From assembly GCA_002432635.1 (NCBI GenBank), contig DJFX01000047.1:320766-384765 (forward strand): 64,000 nucleotides of DNA, given 5' to 3'. This stretch comes from Halothiobacillaceae bacterium UBA5861 (GTDB lineage Bacteria > Pseudomonadota > Gammaproteobacteria > UBA5861). A model generated the notes under the pieces. It ran no database searches. It saw nothing but the letters and a program-made list of their open reading frames with translations, and had not been told where the DNA came from. Below are positions 10,050 to 19,348 of the stretch, piece by piece. A program made the position numbers and the translations under genes. Numbering within the stretch: position 1 is the stretch's first letter; every line of letters begins with the position of its first letter.

Positions 10050-12176
10050 TTACAAACGTCGTCTTTTCCACCAAATGATCAACCCGGCCAACACCAGACT
10101 AACCGGCAAAAGGACGAGAAATAAACCACCGAGCACGGCAATTTGAGCGGAGGTCAACGCCACACGGCTATCAGCAGGTGACTGGCTCGCTATCTTCAGC
10201 AAGCCGTCATCACCAACGAGCCAGTCAAACAGGCGCTGGGCAAGGCTCAAATTACCGCCATTGCCAAGATAGGCGTTTGAGAGAAAATCACCATCGCCTA
10301 ACACAGCAATTCGTTGCTCTCGCTCGGCATACCGTCGGGTCAGCGTAGCCCCCAGTGTAATCGGCCCTGCACGCTCCTCCGTATCGGCATCAAAACGGAT
10401 TTCACCCATCAGCTGCTTGGTCTGCGGATGAATGGCGGCATTCACTTCGGTCCAACTGCCTTGGCTTGTTTGTAGAAAAGGTGTTGTTTGCCAGTTTTCA
10501 TGGGGCTGAATGACTAAACCCGCCGCCTGGGGGAAAAGTGTCACCAGACGTAAATCCGTGGTTAACGGGTGCGCGGGATACTGAGAAACCAATGCAAAGT
10601 CCGGGGAGTCAACGCCGTAGAGACTGGCCGATTGATCAATCACGACGCCGGGCAACACTTTCACACCCAGCTCAGCCGCCAGCGCCTCAACATGAAGCGG
10701 ACGCCCCGGCTCAACAAACCACAAAAGATTGCCACCGCGGCGGATGAAATCCAGCACCACCGCCATTTCTCCCGGAAAGTAGTCATACCGAGGGCTCGCA
10801 AGGATCACAACGTCCACATCCTCCGCAATCTGCGGTGAAGTCACCAGGCTTTGCGCACTGATCTCAAACCCGTTCTGTGTCAGGCGCTGACTTAATCGGC
10901 TCATGTCGAAGTTAGCCGACCCCTGAGGATCTCTCTCGCCGTGCCCCGTCATGAAAACCAGCTTACGCCGCTGATCACGGTACAGCCGGTACAGCGCTTG
11001 GCTGATACTGGCTTCGCTAATCTGCTGGAGTCTTTCCTCGCGATTGCCATAACGAATGGCCATAGTGCCACTGTTCTGGATATCCAGCTGCTCGGCCAGC
11101 GCCGGTGACTGGCCGAGATCGACAAAAGACAAGACCATGTCGGATTTGACACGCTGATAACGTGCAACTAGCGATTCAATCGCTTGCCGGGGCGCTGTTT
11201 GGCCTGTGGTATAAACCGTCACAGAGATAGGTTCTTGCAGCGTTTTTAACAGCGTTTCACTCGCTTCGGACAAGGTGTTACGTTGTGTGGCCGTTAAATC
11301 AATTTGCCAATGATCGCGAGAAAATAAAAAATATCCCATAACAGCCGCAAGGCAGATCACAAAAACAAAGCGTAGCGGGCGGAAAAAACACCAGCTTTTG
11401 ATGAACCCGGTGTAAGCACTCGGCACCTGCTGATAGCCTTTCATGGTCGCGGTTTGCATGACCGATAACAATAAAAAGAAGGCTATGAACCATGCGTAAT
11501 AGCCAAGATCTCCGGTATGTAAAAGTCCAGAATAGAAGCTTTCCAAGTGCTTGTGGGGGGCCAGCCAATAGAATATGGCACTGTCATCACGCGTCGTATT
11601 CCCCGATAACCACAGAAACAGTAAAAAGCAGTAAAGCGCAAACGCGGCAATAACGGGCTGGCGCGTCAAGGTAGAAAAAAAGAAACCCGCCGCACACACC
11701 CCCACAATCATCAAAAAAGCGCCCAGTGTGGCCAGCAAAACGGCACCGGTATCGATGGGAGTAATCACGGTCATCCCCAATAACATCAGCGCATTTAAGC
11801 CGAGAGGAATCAGAAAAAAAACCCATAAACCCAACAACTTACCGAAAACAATTTCAATGCTGTTTAGTGGGGCGGTCAGTAGTAACACCCAGGTGTTCTG
11901 GCGCCTTTCTTCCGAAACCAAGCGCATGCTTAACAGAGGAATAATCAGCAAATAAATGACAGAAACAGGCGCATAAAAACGTGCAATCAAAAACTGCGTA
12001 AGTCCTGGGGGCTGACTCATATTCACAAGCTGGGGTTGCAGCAAGAGGTAACGCTCGACTCCGGCCAGGAGGAGATAGGCGGATAACAGCTGCATACCCG
12101 ATAATATCACCCAGGCCACAGGTGATAAAAACAGACTGCGTAACTCGCGCCGGCTTATCGCCAAAAGGCCACTCAT
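10050..12176 (-). CDS. ABC-2 type permease fused to GldG-like auxiliary domain (ABC-type uncharacterized transport system)
   Basis: 708 aa; N-terminal six TM ABC-2 permease, large C-terminal GldG-like periplasmic domain with terminal TM anchor; stop is 2 nt from the mutM start. Confidence 0.65.
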   Translation of the reverse strand: MSGLLAISRRELRSLFLSPVAWVILSGMQLLSAYLLLAGVERYLLLQPQLVNMSQPPGLTQFLIARFYAPVSVIYLLIIPLLSMRLVSEERRQNTWVLLLTAPLNSIEIVFGKLLGLWVFFLIPLGLNALMLLGMTVITPIDTGAVLLATLGAFLMIVGVCAAGFFFSTLTRQPVIAAFALYCFLLFLWLSGNTTRDDSAIFYWLAPHKHLESFYSGLLHTGDLGYYAWFIAFFLLLSVMQTATMKGYQQVPSAYTGFIKSWCFFRPLRFVFVICLAAVMGYFLFSRDHWQIDLTATQRNTLSEASETLLKTLQEPISVTVYTTGQTAPRQAIESLVARYQRVKSDMVLSFVDLGQSPALAEQLDIQNSGTMAIRYGNREERLQQISEASISQALYRLYRDQRRKLVFMTGHGERDPQGSANFDMSRLSQRLTQNGFEISAQSLVTSPQIAEDVDVVILASPRYDYFPGEMAVVLDFIRRGGNLLWFVEPGRPLHVEALAAELGVKVLPGVVIDQSASLYGVDSPDFALVSQYPAHPLTTDLRLVTLFPQAAGLVIQPHENWQTTPFLQTSQGSWTEVNAAIHPQTKQLMGEIRFDADTEERAGPITLGATLTRRYAEREQRIAVLGDGDFLSNAYLGNGGNLSLAQRLFDWLVGDDGLLKIASQSPADSRVALTSAQIAVLGGLFLVLLPVSLVLAGLIIWWKRRRL

Positions 12177-13132
12177 GCGGACTCACTTTCCTGATGGACA
12201 GCAGGGTTGTCTTGGGAGATTACCGATAAAAACGTTTTTTCCAGCGTTTGCGCCGGCGGATAAATGGCTCCCAGGCCCCACTGATTTTCGTATGCGCATC
12301 GTGCGATTTTATCCACAGAAATTTCGGAGGAACGAAATTTTAATAGCCAGCCATCCGTATGCATGTGTACACTTTTTAACTCGGGTATAGCGCGCATCAA
12401 ATCACTTGAAGTCACTGTTTTTTTCAGTTGTACAATCAGCTGACTCATACCTCGGTGCGTCCCCTGATTCCCTATTGGCTCGTCATACACCAGTCGGCCT
12501 TTGGCCAAAATGGCAACGCGCGAGCAAGCTGCCTGGACATCGGCCAGCAAGTGCGTTGACAGAATAACCGAGCGATGCTCTCCCAGTGAGCTGATCAGCT
12601 CCCGCATCGAATGAGCCTGCTCAGGATCCAGCCCGGAGCTCGGCTCATCGAGAATGATCAGCTTGGGCTGGTGCACAATGGCCTGTGCTATCCCAAGGCG
12701 TTGCTGGAAGCCTTTGGACAGATTGCGCGATAAACGCCTTCCCTCAGAAGACAAGCCACACAGGTGTTTAGCATCTTTAACTGCAACCGAGCACCTGTTT
12801 GAAGGAACACCGCGTAAACGGGCGCAATACCACAGGTACTCATCAACCGTTAACTCAGGGTACAAGGGCAATTGCTCAGGCAGATAACCCAACAGGCGCT
12901 GAACCACTTTCGGCCGCTGGTAAGGGTTTTGCCCCATCATTTTCAACACACCTGATGTTGGACTAATCACTCCACTGAGAATACCAAGCGTGGTGGACTT
13001 GCCTGCACCATTGACACCCAATAAACCGAGTACTTCCCCTGCTTGAAGCTGCAAACTCAGCGCACTTAAAACAACCTGACCTGCGTAGGTTTTACAAATT
13101 CCATGAGCTTCTATGACGGGTGCTGATGACAT
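12173..13132 (-). CDS. ABC transporter ATP-binding protein (partner of the ABC-2/GldG permease)
   Basis: Walker A GVNGAGKST, signature LSKGFQQR, Walker B ILDEPSSGLD; start chosen at internal ATG (MSSAPVIEAHGI). Confidence 0.8.
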   Translation of the reverse strand: MSSAPVIEAHGICKTYAGQVVLSALSLQLQAGEVLGLLGVNGAGKSTTLGILSGVISPTSGVLKMMGQNPYQRPKVVQRLLGYLPEQLPLYPELTVDEYLWYCARLRGVPSNRCSVAVKDAKHLCGLSSEGRRLSRNLSKGFQQRLGIAQAIVHQPKLIILDEPSSGLDPEQAHSMRELISSLGEHRSVILSTHLLADVQAACSRVAILAKGRLVYDEPIGNQGTHRGMSQLIVQLKKTVTSSDLMRAIPELKSVHMHTDGWLLKFRSSEISVDKIARCAYENQWGLGAIYPPAQTLEKTFLSVISQDNPAVHQESESA

Positions 13133-13322
13133 AGGTTTCCAATCGTCCTTAACGGGAGGTCTGACGATACGCCTGACCACTTAATCTTTAAATCAAAACC
13201 ACTATTGACCGGCTCAAAGTATATGCGATTTCTGAGCATTTATAGATGGACCGGTTGTGTGGCGCATTAAGAAAATGAGAGATTGGCCGCTAGTGCGGGT
13301 ATCAGGTGTTGAAGGTATAGCT

Positions 13323-14108
13323 ATGGATTTATCTCAAATGCGCGTCCTGCTGGTTGAAGCTTCACTGACCCAACAACGCATCATCAAGGCTCGCTTGATG
13401 GAACTGGGGGTTCAGTATGTGACCTATGCGCAATCAGGGCAAGAGGCCTTACTGGCGATACGGCAAGGCTCACCCGATCTTGTTATCAGCAATATGTATT
13501 TGTCAGATATGACGGGCACCGAGCTGCTGCATGAGATCCGCCTTGACACTGAAACACAAGCAACGCCTTTTATTTTAATCTCTGGTGAACGCAACTGGCA
13601 CCTGCTTGATGGCATAAGACAAGCCGGATGTGTTGCCATTCTGCCAAAGCCTTTTGAGCTCAACGAGTTAAAATATGCGCTGACGGCCACCGCCAATTTT
13701 CATCATAAGCAGTCCCTCTCGTTATCAAGCTATTGTGTCGATGATTTAAATGTACTGGTTGTTGATGACAGCAAAATGGCTCGTAATCATATGATGCGCG
13801 TTCTACGCAGTATGGGCGTCGACAGATTGACTGAAGCCGCTAATGGCGTGGAAGCCACACAATACTTGTCCGAACACTATTTCGATCTTGTGGTGACTGA
13901 TTACAATATGCCGGAAATGGATGGGGAAAAGCTCACGGCTTACATTCGTGAAAATAGTGCCCAACAAACCATTCCTATCATTATGGTCACCAGTGAGGAA
14001 AGCGAAAGCCGGCTCAGTGCTGTTATGCAGTCCGGTGTATCAGCGATCTGTGACAAACCGTTTGACCCCAACACCGTTCGTGCACTGCTTGAAGAGGTGC
14101 TCTCATAA
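13323..14108 (+). CDS. tandem receiver protein: degenerate N-terminal REC (phospho-acceptor Asp replaced by Asn) + CheY-like C-terminal REC, no output domain
   Basis: REC1 LVISNMYLSDMTG lacks the conserved Asp and the N-terminal DD pair; REC2 VVDDS...VVTDYNMPEMDG...DKPF is canonical CheY-like. Confidence 0.8.
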   Translation: MDLSQMRVLLVEASLTQQRIIKARLMELGVQYVTYAQSGQEALLAIRQGSPDLVISNMYLSDMTGTELLHEIRLDTETQATPFILISGERNWHLLDGIRQAGCVAILPKPFELNELKYALTATANFHHKQSLSLSSYCVDDLNVLVVDDSKMARNHMMRVLRSMGVDRLTEAANGVEATQYLSEHYFDLVVTDYNMPEMDGEKLTAYIRENSAQQTIPIIMVTSEESESRLSAVMQSGVSAICDKPFDPNTVRALLEEVLS

Positions 14109-14145
14109 CCATGAACCCTCTTTGCATTCTCCATGGAACCGTAAA

Positions 14146-14940
14146 ATGTCTACCAGCGATATAGCCAGCTTATCAATCTTATTAGTTGAGCCTTCAGTCA
14201 CACAACGGCGCATCATAAAAGAGCAGATTATGGCAATGGGCGCGGTTGAGATCCATGATGCCGAAACCGGGGATGAGGCTCTGGACGTATTGCGCTCGGT
14301 ACAGCCGAACCTCGTGATCAGTGCGATGTACCTGCCCGATATGCTGGGCACTGACTTACTTGCCCGCATTAATGCTGAATCCTCTTTTGACAATACTGCG
14401 TTCATTCTGATTTCGAGTGAAACATCCATCAAAGCCCTTGAGCCCATCAAACAGGGGGGGGCCATCAGTATTCTGCCGAAACCATTTACAATTGAAGCAT
14501 TATCTTATGCCCTGCAAGCCTCCGTTGATTATTTCGTTCCAACACCTGTCGACTCCGACACGTTTGATACCCAGGAACTGGAACTGTTAGTTGTTGATGA
14601 CAGCACCATGTCACGCAAGCAAATTAAGCGTATTTTAACGAACATGGGCATTACCAATATTCACGAAGCCGAGGATGGACAGCAGGCGATCGAGATGATC
14701 AAAAGAAACTTTTATGACCTGGTTGTTACCGACTACAACATGCCGAATATTGACGGCCAGGCACTGGTTGACTTTATCCGTAACAAAAGTAATCAGTCGT
14801 CACTACCCGTACTCATGATTACCAGTGAAAAAGACCAAGGACGACTCAAAGCCGTACAACAAGCAGGCGTCTCGGCACTGTGCGATAAGCCCTTTGGGCC
14901 ACAGAGCATACGAGCGATGATCGAAAGCATTTATGCCTGA
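14146..14940 (+). CDS. paralogous tandem receiver protein: degenerate REC (Asp replaced by Ala) + CheY-like REC
   Basis: REC1 LVISAMYLPDM; REC2 VVDDS...VVTDYNMPNIDG...DKPF; start set at internal ATG (MSTSDIASL) matching the paralog's architecture. Confidence 0.8.
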   Translation: MSTSDIASLSILLVEPSVTQRRIIKEQIMAMGAVEIHDAETGDEALDVLRSVQPNLVISAMYLPDMLGTDLLARINAESSFDNTAFILISSETSIKALEPIKQGGAISILPKPFTIEALSYALQASVDYFVPTPVDSDTFDTQELELLVVDDSTMSRKQIKRILTNMGITNIHEAEDGQQAIEMIKRNFYDLVVTDYNMPNIDGQALVDFIRNKSNQSSLPVLMITSEKDQGRLKAVQQAGVSALCDKPFGPQSIRAMIESIYA

Positions 14941-15110
14941 TAATATTCGCCTCTTATTCGAGAGCATCTAAACCGGGCCTCTCCCTACTAACTTTCCCTA
15001 CACCCTGCCACAGAAAATACGTCTTTTCTAACCGGTCACAGAATCAGGCAACCACAATAGGGGATAATTAAAATTGGATAGCCCGTCTAATAACCGTAAA
15101 ATAACGTCCA

Positions 15111-16277
15111 ATGAAAAGAAAAATCACGCTCCTGGCATTGTTATCGTCAACACTGCTGAATGCATGGATTGCATCAGCCCGTGGGGAAGACGAAGTAGAC
15201 TATAACTTAGCGTCACGCTTCTATGCCGGTGCGGGGCTGGGTATCGCACGCCTGGCACCAGATGTTTCCGGCGCATCCACCAAAGACGAAACAGGGATAG
15301 GGTATTCCCTGCATTTTGGTTACGATATCAGTGAACGCTTTTCTATCGAAGGCGCTATTGCGGATTTAGGGGATGTTACCCTCGAAAGCGACAGTACCCA
15401 GCAAGACATCGGCAGCCTCGACTACTTTCAGTATGGGATCAGTGGTCTTGGCTACTTTTATAACAGCCATGGCTTTAGCGGTAGCTCCTCTGAAGAGTCC
15501 CCCTACCAATTGCGTTCAGGAATCTCGTTGTACGGCAGACTCGGTTTGAGTGCCATGGATATCAGCTCGTCCTCATCGAACCTCAATATTGATGGCAGTC
15601 CCGACATCAAATTGTTTGGCAGTGGCGGCTTGGAGTACGGATGGTCCAGTGGTTATACGGCACGAGCGGAACTCACATCGTTTTCGACTGACGTACAAAT
15701 GCTATCACTTGGCTTCAGTAAACGCTTTGGTGGTGCCCGATCTTCTATCTCTCAAACACCACACAATACAGAACAAAAAGCACCGCCACCTACCGCAAAA
15801 AAGCCTGAGCCTAAAGCATCCGTTTCAACACCTGCCTTATCCACTGACCTGGATGGCGACGGCATCAACAACAACATTGACCGCTGCCCGGATACCCCGG
15901 CAACAGCCACAATGGTTAACAGCTACGGCTGCCACCTGGATCTGGCAAAACTACCCGCTATCAAGTTCCAAACAGGCTCTGCGGAGTTGACCCAAAAATC
16001 ACAGGCACTGCTCGCCTGGTTAGCACGCCGCTTGCAAGATTTTCCCACCACCAAACTGGATGTTCATGCGCATACCGATGGCCAAGGGGATACTGATGCC
16101 AATCAACGCTTATCTGAACGCCGCGCAGAAGCCGTTGTTAACTACCTGATTGCAAAAGGAGTCTCTGCAAAGCGACTCACAGCGGTTGGTTTTGGTGAGT
16201 CCCAACCCATTGCTGACAACAGCACATCAGAAGGACGGCAACGCAATCGGCGAGTTGAATTTCACGTTGCTGAATAG
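15111..16277 (+). CDS. OmpA/OprF-like outer membrane protein (N-terminal beta-barrel, Pro-rich linker, TSP3-like Ca-binding repeat, C-terminal OmpA peptidoglycan-binding domain)
   Basis: Signal peptide; DLDGDGINNNIDRCPDTP repeat; OmpA_C motifs TDGQGDTDANQRLSERRA and RRVEF. Confidence 0.8.
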   Translation: MKRKITLLALLSSTLLNAWIASARGEDEVDYNLASRFYAGAGLGIARLAPDVSGASTKDETGIGYSLHFGYDISERFSIEGAIADLGDVTLESDSTQQDIGSLDYFQYGISGLGYFYNSHGFSGSSSEESPYQLRSGISLYGRLGLSAMDISSSSSNLNIDGSPDIKLFGSGGLEYGWSSGYTARAELTSFSTDVQMLSLGFSKRFGGARSSISQTPHNTEQKAPPPTAKKPEPKASVSTPALSTDLDGDGINNNIDRCPDTPATATMVNSYGCHLDLAKLPAIKFQTGSAELTQKSQALLAWLARRLQDFPTTKLDVHAHTDGQGDTDANQRLSERRAEAVVNYLIAKGVSAKRLTAVGFGESQPIADNSTSEGRQRNRRVEFHVAE

Positions 16278-16287
16278 CCGCTGAGCC

Positions 16288-16327
16288 GCTCAATCGGTTA
16301 TGCTAGTAACCGTGTAACCGATTGAGC
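16288..16327. promoter_or_regulatory. 13 bp perfect inverted repeat (gctcaatcggtta / taaccgattgagc, 14 nt loop) between the ompA-like gene and the aminotransferase, ending 5 nt before its ATG
   Basis: Read directly from the sequence; no T-tract, and the 3' arm covers the presumptive ribosome-binding region. Confidence 0.4.
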
Positions 16328-16332
16328 TGACC

Positions 16333-17475
16333 ATGCACATACCGTCCAAACTACCTGATGTTGGTACAACGATCTTCACCGTCATGTCTGCGCTGGCCAA
16401 TGAACACAGCGCGATCAACTTATCACAAGGTTTTCCAGACTTTAGTTGCCCGGAAGAGCTTATCGAAAGCGTCCACCGCTTCATGCGCGAGGGGTATAAC
16501 CAGTATCCGCCAATGAGCGGGATACCACAACTTCGTCAAGCCATTGCTGATAAGTACGCCTCTCTTTACCAAACCGCTTTGGATGCAGACACAGAAGTAA
16601 CGGTCACCTCCGGCGCGACAGAAGCTCTGTTTTGCGCGATTACCGCATTAGTCAATCCCGGTGATGAGGTAATCATTTTTGATCCAGCCTATGATGCCTA
16701 TGAGCCTGTCATCCAACTGTCAGGTGGCATCACACGGCGCATCAAACTCAGCTATCCGGACTATGCCATTGACTGGGACCAGGTCAAGGCATGTATCAAT
16801 GCTAAAACCCGCCTCATAATTCTCAATAATCCCCACAACCCCACGGGTTCCATTTTGACCTCGCATGATATTCAAAACCTTCAGGCGCTGGTCTCGAATA
16901 CACCTGTTTTTTTACTCGCGGATGAAGTTTATGAGCACATCGTATTCGATGGAGCTCAACACCAAAGCCTTTTACGTTTCGAGGATTTACGCACCCGGTC
17001 TTTTGTCGTTTCTTCTTTTGGGAAGACTTACCACATGACGGGCTGGAAAATAGGCTACTGTATTGCCCCTCCCGAAATGAGCACCGAATTTCGAAAAATC
17101 CACCAGTTCAACACATTCACAACCTGTACGCCAATGCAGTACGCCCTGGCTGAATTCCTGCAATACTCGGAATATTATCGATCGCTTGGCGAGTTTTATC
17201 AGAATAAACGCAACCACTTCCTGGACAGTATGAAACCATCTCGTTTTAAGGCGTTGCCCTGCCACGGCACATATTTTCAATTAATGTCCTATGCAGACAT
17301 CACCGACCAGCAGGACATCGAATTCGCACGCAAATTGACGACGGAATCAGGTATCGCCTCAATCCCCGTGTCCGTATTTTATGGTGACGGCTGTGATGAA
17401 AAGGTACTACGGTTTTGCTTCGCAAAAGACACCAAAACGCTGAATAAAGCTGCAGAAATCCTATGCAAGATTTAA
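16333..17475 (+). CDS. ybdL: PLP-dependent aminotransferase, YbdL-like methionine/glutamine aminotransferase
   Basis: N-terminus SKLPDVGTTIFTVMSALANEHSAINLSQGFPDF closely matches E. coli YbdL; fold-type I aminotransferase length. Confidence 0.75.
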   Translation: MHIPSKLPDVGTTIFTVMSALANEHSAINLSQGFPDFSCPEELIESVHRFMREGYNQYPPMSGIPQLRQAIADKYASLYQTALDADTEVTVTSGATEALFCAITALVNPGDEVIIFDPAYDAYEPVIQLSGGITRRIKLSYPDYAIDWDQVKACINAKTRLIILNNPHNPTGSILTSHDIQNLQALVSNTPVFLLADEVYEHIVFDGAQHQSLLRFEDLRTRSFVVSSFGKTYHMTGWKIGYCIAPPEMSTEFRKIHQFNTFTTCTPMQYALAEFLQYSEYYRSLGEFYQNKRNHFLDSMKPSRFKALPCHGTYFQLMSYADITDQQDIEFARKLTTESGIASIPVSVFYGDGCDEKVLRFCFAKDTKTLNKAAEILCKI

Positions 17476-18233
17476 CCATTACACTCATTCAAAGCGCTCT
17501 TCATTGGCAAAATAAAGCGGCCAATTTTGAAAAAAACGAACGTATTTTCGAAACCTTAGGTAAAACGGATCTTGTCATTCTGCCTGAAATGTTCACCACG
17601 GGTTTCACCATGCAACCTGAGCAACTTGCTGAAGACTTTCCAGGCGAAAGCGTTGACTGGATGGCCACCCAGGCTCGGCGCTTAAACGCAGTAATCACCG
17701 GCAGTATTGCCGTCAGAGAAAGCGGCCATTACTACAACCGACTGATCTGGATGCGGCCCAGCGGTGAATATGAAACCTATGACAAACGACACCTCTTCCG
17801 CATGGCCGGGGAAGATAAGCATTACTCAGCCGGCCAGAAACGATTGATCGTAGAATACAAAGGGTGGCGCATTTGCCCGCTGGTTTGTTACGACTTGCGC
17901 TTCCCGGTCTGGAGCCGCAACCGGAATGACTACGATTTACTCATCTACGTAGCGAACTGGCCCCGCGTACGCCGCGATCCCTGGCGCGCACTCCTCCCTG
18001 CCAGAGCGATCGAAAATCTTTGTTACGTTGTCGGCGTCAATCGCGTGGGTGAGGACGGCAATGGCTTTGCTCACTCGGGTGACTCCATGGTGATCGGACC
18101 CAAAGGCAACAGCCTGTTTCACTCAGCGGATGAAGAAATAAGCCCGACAATAACGCTCTCAGCCGAAGCGCTGATAAAATTTCGTGAGCGCTTTCCGGCG
18201 CATAAAGATGCGGATGATTTTGTAATTCAGTAA
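17463..18233 (+). CDS. yafV: carbon-nitrogen hydrolase family, omega-amidase (YafV-like 2-oxoglutaramate amidase)
   Basis: 256 aa nitrilase-superfamily protein with catalytic Cys region (WRICPLVCYDLRFP); overlaps the aminotransferase 3' end by 13 nt. Confidence 0.7.
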   Translation: MQDLTITLIQSALHWQNKAANFEKNERIFETLGKTDLVILPEMFTTGFTMQPEQLAEDFPGESVDWMATQARRLNAVITGSIAVRESGHYYNRLIWMRPSGEYETYDKRHLFRMAGEDKHYSAGQKRLIVEYKGWRICPLVCYDLRFPVWSRNRNDYDLLIYVANWPRVRRDPWRALLPARAIENLCYVVGVNRVGEDGNGFAHSGDSMVIGPKGNSLFHSADEEISPTITLSAEALIKFRERFPAHKDADDFVIQ

Positions 18234-18263
18234 AAACAAACCGACCATACGTTCAAGTATCGG

Positions 18264-18827
18264 TTACTTTACATCGCGCTTCAGTGGCGTATGCCCCTTT
18301 CCATTGCGGTGCGTGATCAATGCCAATTCTTCGCCGGAAAAACGGTAGGCTTGTCCAAAACCGAGTACAAAATTAGCCTGCTCAGGCAAGAGGCAAAATA
18401 AGTGGAAGTCTGACAAATTACGTAGCATTTTCATCAAGCCACCAAACATATCCTGAAACGCGTCCAATGTTTCTGCAAATTGAGGCGACGGCCGGGAAAT
18501 TTCTGTCACTGAGCAGTCCAGCGTCAAGCGCTTGCGAACAAACGGGTGTTCAGCCATCTCTTCATTTTCAATGAAAAGTATGCTGGCTCGTTTGGAAGCT
18601 TGAATATTTTGAGTGTGTTGCGCCAACTCACTGATGTAAATATAAAACCGACCCTCTACATTCAGATAAGGCGCATAACTGGCGTTCGGCTTCCCGTCTG
18701 CATCTGTCGTTGCCAACAACAATGTTTTAAACTGCTTGGGAAAAGTACTACAGGCCGCTCGAATGGTGTCCAAATCATCCGATTGAATTGGCGGCGAGTC
18801 ACTCATACTGGACTCCTGCTTTGTCAT
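18264..18827 (-). CDS. PNPOx-like FMN-binding split-barrel protein (HutZ/HugZ-like)
   Basis: 187 aa; LLATTDADGKPNASYAPY motif typical of pyridoxamine-phosphate-oxidase-like split barrels. Confidence 0.45.
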   Translation of the reverse strand: MTKQESSMSDSPPIQSDDLDTIRAACSTFPKQFKTLLLATTDADGKPNASYAPYLNVEGRFYIYISELAQHTQNIQASKRASILFIENEEMAEHPFVRKRLTLDCSVTEISRPSPQFAETLDAFQDMFGGLMKMLRNLSDFHLFCLLPEQANFVLGFGQAYRFSGEELALITHRNGKGHTPLKRDVK

Positions 18828-18859
18828 TCAGGCGTTCATCCTATCGTAGAATCCAGGCC

Positions 18860-19315
18860 ATGAAAAAGATAAAAATACTCTTGGGTACCGTGACCGGCAA
18901 TGCTCGCAATGTTGCACAAAACATTGTTGAGACCTGCCAAGATCCGTTGGGTAATGTGGAGCTGATTGAAAACGCTCAGCTTGAAGACCTTCAGAATACC
19001 GAAGCAGACGAATGTGTACTTATCTGCTCATCCACCACGGGAGCAGGTGGCCTGCCTAAAGGTCTGACCCCGCTGTATTTAACCTTGAGAGACAACCAGA
19101 CCAACCTGCATGGTCTCAACTATGCCATCATCGGACTAGGAGACAGCGTTTTTCGTGATACATTTTGTGGCGGGGTCAAAAAGCTGGACACACTGCTCAC
19201 ACGATACGGCGGCCAGCGTATCGGCAATGCACTCTTAATTGACACGCCTGCACATAAAAACTACGTCACACTCGCAACCGATTGGCTTTATGCGCTTTTC
19301 CGTGAAGAGCTGTAG
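18860..19315 (+). CDS. flavodoxin-like FMN-binding protein (MioC-like)
   Basis: Internal start at MKKIKILLGTVTGNA (flavodoxin phosphate-binding loop); GAGG and GLGDS motifs. Confidence 0.7.
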   Translation: MKKIKILLGTVTGNARNVAQNIVETCQDPLGNVELIENAQLEDLQNTEADECVLICSSTTGAGGLPKGLTPLYLTLRDNQTNLHGLNYAIIGLGDSVFRDTFCGGVKKLDTLLTRYGGQRIGNALLIDTPAHKNYVTLATDWLYALFREEL

Positions 19316-19348
19316 TTCCAATATGACAGCACCCTGCTTTATAAACCC

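Noticed and set aside
10048-10074. Upstream Met start for mutM (ORF-track start 10074)
   Set aside because: Fpg requires Pro at position 2 after Met removal; only the internal MPELPEV start provides this, and the longer form would overlap the upstream permease
13133-13180. Upstream GTG start for the ABC ATPase (ORF-track start 13180)
   Set aside because: No ribosome-binding site; the internal ATG at 13132 gives the conventional short N-terminus before the Walker A motif
15550-15990. 146 aa plus-strand ORF inside the ompA-like gene
   Set aside because: Alternative frame of a clearly conserved OmpA-family gene
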